NCBI GenBank assembly: GCA_031414955.1
Contig: JANOQV010000113.1
Location: forward strand, 1-40,709
Reading direction: 5' to 3'
Length of the DNA: 40,709 nt
From: Pedosphaera sp.
Lineage (GTDB): Bacteria > Verrucomicrobiota > Verrucomicrobiia > Limisphaerales > SIBH01
A program made the translations under genes and the position numbers. Below are positions 36,584 to 40,709 of this stretch, piece after piece. The notes beneath the pieces were generated by a model that saw only the letters and a program-made list of their open reading frames with translations, ran no database searches and was not told the origin of the DNA. Numbering within the stretch: the first letter of the stretch is position 1; every line of letters starts with the position of its first letter.

Positions 36584-39277
36584 ATGAAATGGCGCGTGTG
36601 GATTACTTTTGGTGCCCTACTGCAATTCGGCACGGTCCCGGTCGTATTCGCGGAGGTGGTTGTTCCTGGACTGGCTTCCAGCCAGCTCGAGCCGACGCTG
36701 AAAGGATTGGTGCTGATTGAGGAGTTGAATTGCGCGGCCTGCCACGCAGGCGATCCGTCCTTGGCGGCACGCTCGAAGAAGGCACCGCGACTTGCCGACA
36801 TCGGTTCGCGGGCGAATCCGGCATGGCTGGAGACGTTCATCGCCAATCCGCATGGGACCAAGCCTGGCACGACAATGCCGGATCTGCTCGGGCAATTGGG
36901 CGTGGAGGAAAAGAAGCAGACGGCGACGGCGCTCACGCACTTTTTGCTTTCGCTGAAAAAGAACGACTTCGCGCTGCAACCGCCGGATGCGGTGGCGGCG
37001 GGACATGGGATGCGGCTGTTTCATTCGCGCGGATGCGCGGCGTGTCACTCGCCTCGCGATGAAAAGGGCGCGGAGTTGCTGCCGAAGAATTCCGTTCCGC
37101 TCGGTGCGCTGGAGAAAAAATACAGCTTCAAAAGCCTCGTGGATTTTCTGCGCCAGCCGCACGCGAGCCGGCCCTCGGGAAGAATGCCGGACATGCGGCT
37201 CGCCGCGAAAGACGTGGAGCGCATCGCCCATTATCTACTCCAACACACGCGCGTGCCAGGCTCGCTCAGCTACACGTTTTATCGCGGAGAGGTGTGGGAG
37301 GGATTGGAGAGTGAGAAGGTGACGGCGGAGCGCGCGGGGCTTGTGAACGACTTTGCGCTGGAGAGCCTTGGCATGGGAAAAATCCCGCAGCACTCGGCGA
37401 TCAAATACGACGGCTGGTTGAACATCGCGGACGCGGGACGCCACACGTTTTCCCTCAAGATGAACGGCGGCTCGCTGCTCGTGGACGGAAAGCAAATCAT
37501 CCAGCAGGAGCCGAGCGACCGGCGCGGGGTGAAGGAACTGCAAGGCGTGGCGGAACTCGCGGCGGGTTGGCGCAAAATTCAGCTCACGTATTTTCACACG
37601 GGACGCGAGGCAAAGTTTTCGTGCGAGATGGAAGGGCCGCAGTTGAAGCGGGGACCGATTCCTTCGTCACGGCTTTCGATTTCCAACGAACCCATCGCGC
37701 CCTTCGAGCCGCTCAAGGTGAATGCGGAACTCGCGGCCCGTGGACGAGAGCATTTCGGCAAACTCGGCTGCGCGAATTGCCACGACGATCTCAAGGTGCC
37801 CGCGACGTCGGGCATCGCGTTGGCCAGGCTCGATGCGAGCCGCGGATGCCTCAGCGAAGCCGCCGGAGCGTGGCCGCGCTTCGACTTGAATGCGGAGCAA
37901 CGCACGGCCATCGCGAAGGCGCTGCCCAGCGCGGAGAAGCCGCAGCTCGACGACACGCAGCAAATCAACAAGACGCTCGCCACGTTCAACTGCATCGCGT
38001 GTCACGAACGCACGGGCCTCGGCGGAATCGCGCCGGAACGCAACGCGCTCTTCACCGGAACTCAACCGGCGCTCGGCGATCAAGGCCGCATCCCTCCGCC
38101 GCTCTCGCACGTCGGCGCGAAGCTGAAGCCCGAGTGGATCGCCGAAGTGCTGCTGCGCGGAAAACGTCAGCGCGCTTACGTGGATGCCGCGATGCCGCAG
38201 TTTGGCGAAGCGAACGTCGGGCATCTCGTGGAGTTGTTTGGTAAGGTCGATGCGCTGGAAGCGGCGACCATTCCTAAAGTGGCGAATGTTCAGGAGTCCA
38301 AAAATGCCGGCTACGAAATGATTGGCACCAGCGGACTGAGCTGCATCGTCTGCCATGAATTCAACGGCCAAAAATCCGGGGAGATGAGCGCGCTCGATCT
38401 CGCGCGTGTGTCCGAGCGGCTCAAGAAGAACTGGTTCCACCTCTACATGCGGCAGCCCTCGCGCTTCCACCCCACGGTAATCATGCCCATCTACTGGCCC
38501 GACGGTCAGTCCCCGCTTCCCAAGATTCTTGGCGGCGACGCTGGGCAGCAGATCGAAGCGCTCTGGACTTATTTGGAGGACGGCACTCGCGCGAAGAAAC
38601 CGGCCGGCCTTTCCCGTCAGTCGAACGAACTGCGCGTGGGCGACACCACCGAGATCTGCCGCGGGCAAAGCCCCGTGGGCTATCGCGGCATCGGCGTCGG
38701 CTATCCCGAGCGCATCAACCTCGCCTTCGACTCAGGCGAAATGGCGCTGCGCCAGCTTTGGAAAGGCGACTTCGCCACCGTGGACTCGGGCCATTTTCGA
38801 CCGCGCGGAACTGACTCCATTCCTTTTCCACCCGGCATTCCGTTTCACCGGTTGGAATCACTGGAGGACAATTGGCCCTACAAGGGGAAGGCCAACCATG
38901 CCTTCCCTCAGGATCATGGCTACCAGTTTCGCGGCTATCATCTGGATGCCGCGCGCAGACCGACGCTCCTCTACCACTACGGCGACATTGCGGTGGAGGA
39001 CTTCTTCGAGGATGCGCGCGACAAGGACGGCAAAGCCTACTTCAAACGCACGCTCCGCTTCGACACGCCCGCAGAGCAAACACCGTTCTATTTTCGCGCC
39101 GCCGCCGGGAAAAAAATCACTGCTGCCGGCGACCGCACATTCACCGCGGACAAACTCCAGGTCCGCATCACCAGCGACCACAAGGGCATCGTCCGCGAAG
39201 GCGAAAACGGCGACGTGTTGATCCCGTTGACCCTGCCCAAAGGGCGCTCCACTCTCACGCTGGAATACCAATGGTAA
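36584..39277 (+). CDS. Multiheme (5 CxxCH) cytochrome c protein with a PA14-like domain
   Basis: CAACH x2, CANCH, CIACH, CIVCH with distal MP motifs; signal peptide; GAGGG RBS before ATG 36584 (36551 is an alternative). Confidence 0.88.
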   Translation: MKWRVWITFGALLQFGTVPVVFAEVVVPGLASSQLEPTLKGLVLIEELNCAACHAGDPSLAARSKKAPRLADIGSRANPAWLETFIANPHGTKPGTTMPDLLGQLGVEEKKQTATALTHFLLSLKKNDFALQPPDAVAAGHGMRLFHSRGCAACHSPRDEKGAELLPKNSVPLGALEKKYSFKSLVDFLRQPHASRPSGRMPDMRLAAKDVERIAHYLLQHTRVPGSLSYTFYRGEVWEGLESEKVTAERAGLVNDFALESLGMGKIPQHSAIKYDGWLNIADAGRHTFSLKMNGGSLLVDGKQIIQQEPSDRRGVKELQGVAELAAGWRKIQLTYFHTGREAKFSCEMEGPQLKRGPIPSSRLSISNEPIAPFEPLKVNAELAARGREHFGKLGCANCHDDLKVPATSGIALARLDASRGCLSEAAGAWPRFDLNAEQRTAIAKALPSAEKPQLDDTQQINKTLATFNCIACHERTGLGGIAPERNALFTGTQPALGDQGRIPPPLSHVGAKLKPEWIAEVLLRGKRQRAYVDAAMPQFGEANVGHLVELFGKVDALEAATIPKVANVQESKNAGYEMIGTSGLSCIVCHEFNGQKSGEMSALDLARVSERLKKNWFHLYMRQPSRFHPTVIMPIYWPDGQSPLPKILGGDAGQQIEALWTYLEDGTRAKKPAGLSRQSNELRVGDTTEICRGQSPVGYRGIGVGYPERINLAFDSGEMALRQLWKGDFATVDSGHFRPRGTDSIPFPPGIPFHRLESLEDNWPYKGKANHAFPQDHGYQFRGYHLDAARRPTLLYHYGDIAVEDFFEDARDKDGKAYFKRTLRFDTPAEQTPFYFRAAAGKKITAAGDRTFTADKLQVRITSDHKGIVREGENGDVLIPLTLPKGRSTLTLEYQW
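39218..39277 (+). repeat. Direct repeat copy 1 (last 20 codons of the cytochrome gene)
   Basis: 52/60 nt identical to 40043-40102; encodes LIPLTLPKGRSTLTLEYQW*. Confidence 0.95.
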
Positions 39278-39305
39278 GCACGCGAGCGATCAGCCTAACT
39301 ACAAC

Positions 39306-39986
39306 ATGAACCCGGAACTCAGGAACGTTTCAGAGCAAATGAAGGCCCTCGGGCTAGGAGCGTTGACACATGCACTCCGACTGTCGCTCTATTCGGCACA
39401 GGAGAATCCTTCGTGGGGAGACCTTTCAGTGCTTAACGCCGCCCACGCTGCAGAAATCTTGATCAAGGCGCGGTTGGCCGCCGAGCACCCCCTCCTGATT
39501 TTCACGCAGATCCCAAAATCGACACAGGTGGACGGCACGATGTTGGATTTTGAGGATCTATTTGCTCGTGGTCAGACGATAGACTTTCAAGATTTACCAG
39601 AGCGATTGTGGGCGGCAACAGGCCTTCGCTTGCCGAATGTCGATATCTACGCGGGCTTTGGAAAATTGCGGAACGCGATACAACACTTTGCTCCACCGAC
39701 GGAGGACTCGGGGACTAGAACTCTTGAGTTTGTGTTCCGTGTTCTCGATCCATTCATCTTTCAAGCGTGGGGTCTATACGCAATCGACTTCAATGAAGAG
39801 TTCGGTGATCACTACGAGCATATTTTTGAAGGCCTCGTTCATTCCAACATACGTCCCCTGATCTCACCCGATGCAGCTAAGGTTTGGAGCGAGCTAAACT
39901 ACCAACCAGCCAAAGACGCTCCACCCGGATATGCGAAGTGGTTCAAGACAGCCATGAAAGTTGCGTTAGCGAAATGCCCGCAATGA
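39306..39986 (+). CDS. Putative HEPN-domain protein (candidate RNase/defence gene), low GC
   Basis: AHAAEILIKARLAAEHPLLIF helix and RNAIQH (RX4H) motif; atypical codon usage. Confidence 0.65.
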   Translation: MNPELRNVSEQMKALGLGALTHALRLSLYSAQENPSWGDLSVLNAAHAAEILIKARLAAEHPLLIFTQIPKSTQVDGTMLDFEDLFARGQTIDFQDLPERLWAATGLRLPNVDIYAGFGKLRNAIQHFAPPTEDSGTRTLEFVFRVLDPFIFQAWGLYAIDFNEEFGDHYEHIFEGLVHSNIRPLISPDAAKVWSELNYQPAKDAPPGYAKWFKTAMKVALAKCPQ

Positions 39987-40042
39987 TTGCAAAAGCAAAC
40001 AGCTATGATCTTTCAAAGGTCGTTCGCGAGCCTCGAAGAGGG

Positions 40043-40102
40043 CTGATTCCCCTGACCCTGCCCAAAGGCCGCTCCACTCTTACTCTCGAATACCAATGGT
40101 AA
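40043..40102 (+). repeat. Direct repeat copy 2, inside mini-ORF 39983-40102
   Basis: Same peptide as copy 1 with 8 differences, all synonymous. Confidence 0.95.
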
Positions 40103-40709
40103 GGACACAACGCATCATCGCACTCGCCGTTCTCGTCGTGGCACCGCATCTCCGCGCCGCCGAAGACCTCGGGGCCATGTGGGGCACCGCGGCGGAGGAG
40201 GCGAAGTATTATCCCATCCTGAATATCCCCATTCCCTCCACCGTGCCCATGCGGCCGGGCGGGTTGGAGAGCTTGCCGGACGGACGTCTCGCGGTCGGCA
40301 CACGGCGCGGCGACATCTATTTCGTGAAGGGCGCGTTCGATTCACCGCCGAAGCCCGAGTTTCACCTCTTCGCCAGCGGGCAGGACGAAATCTTCACCCT
40401 CTCGTGGCGCTCCGGCGCGATGACCGCCATCACCTGGGGCGAAGCCACGCGCATCACCGACACCGACGGCGATGAAGTCGCCGACCGCTACGACACGCTG
40501 ACGAGCAACTGGGGCTACGCCGAGGGGCACGAATTCGCCTTTGGTTCCAAGCACGATCCCGAGGGCAACATCTGGGTGGCCTTGGGCCTGAGCGGTTCGT
40601 ATGAATCGCACAATCTTTTCCGCGGTTGGGCGGTGAAAGTGACGCCGCAGGGAAAGATGATTCCGATTTGCAGCGGACTGCGCAGCCCCGGCGGCGTGGG
40701 CGCGAATGC
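40096..40709 (+). CDS. Secreted beta-propeller protein (glucose/sorbosone dehydrogenase-like), partial
   Basis: My translation: MVRTQRIIALAVLVVAPHLRAAEDLG...LPDGRLAVGTRRGDIY...DTDGDEVAD...HEFAFG...RGWAVKVTPQGKMIPICSGLRSPGG; open to window end. Confidence 0.8.
   Translation, partial: MVRTQRIIALAVLVVAPHLRAAEDLGAMWGTAAEEAKYYPILNIPIPSTVPMRPGGLESLPDGRLAVGTRRGDIYFVKGAFDSPPKPEFHLFASGQDEIFTLSWRSGAMTAITWGEATRITDTDGDEVADRYDTLTSNWGYAEGHEFAFGSKHDPEGNIWVALGLSGSYESHNLFRGWAVKVTPQGKMIPICSGLRSPGGVGAN

Noticed and set aside
39218..40102. Direct repeat as a DGR template/variable repeat pair
   Set aside because: Differences are synonymous and not adenine-specific; no reverse transcriptase in the window

Overview
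GC-rich bacterial window; gene content (PSCyt/DUF1549/DUF1553 cytochrome, Tat-exported Gfo/Idh/MocA and TIM-barrel enzymes, CotH protein) suggests a PVC-superphylum organism, probably Verrucomicrobiota (inference). In order: M14 peptidase; receiver domain fused to a DUF772-like domain; DUF58 plus membrane transglutaminase; DUF1553 cytochrome; EF-hand protein divergent from an OmpR-type two-component system; a six-gene circularly permuted ATP-grasp/alpha-E/transglutaminase operon; mscS; an MmeI-like R-M gene, PIN toxin-antitoxin pair and unknown gene before tRNA(CAT); hddA/hddC-like pair; Gfo/Idh/MocA; CotH; TIM barrel; lipoprotein; five-heme cytochrome; an inserted HEPN-like gene; a partial beta-propeller gene. 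The most striking signal is non-polar insertion architecture. All four complete intergenic heptamer-repeat hairpins are spanned by a stop-free mini-ORF coupled to the upstream stop and downstream start. Intragenic palindromes are in frame. The HEPN-like gene sits between two 60-bp copies of a gene junction that differ only at synonymous sites, again with coupling mini-ORFs on both sides. All family calls come from motif recognition by eye; no searches were run.
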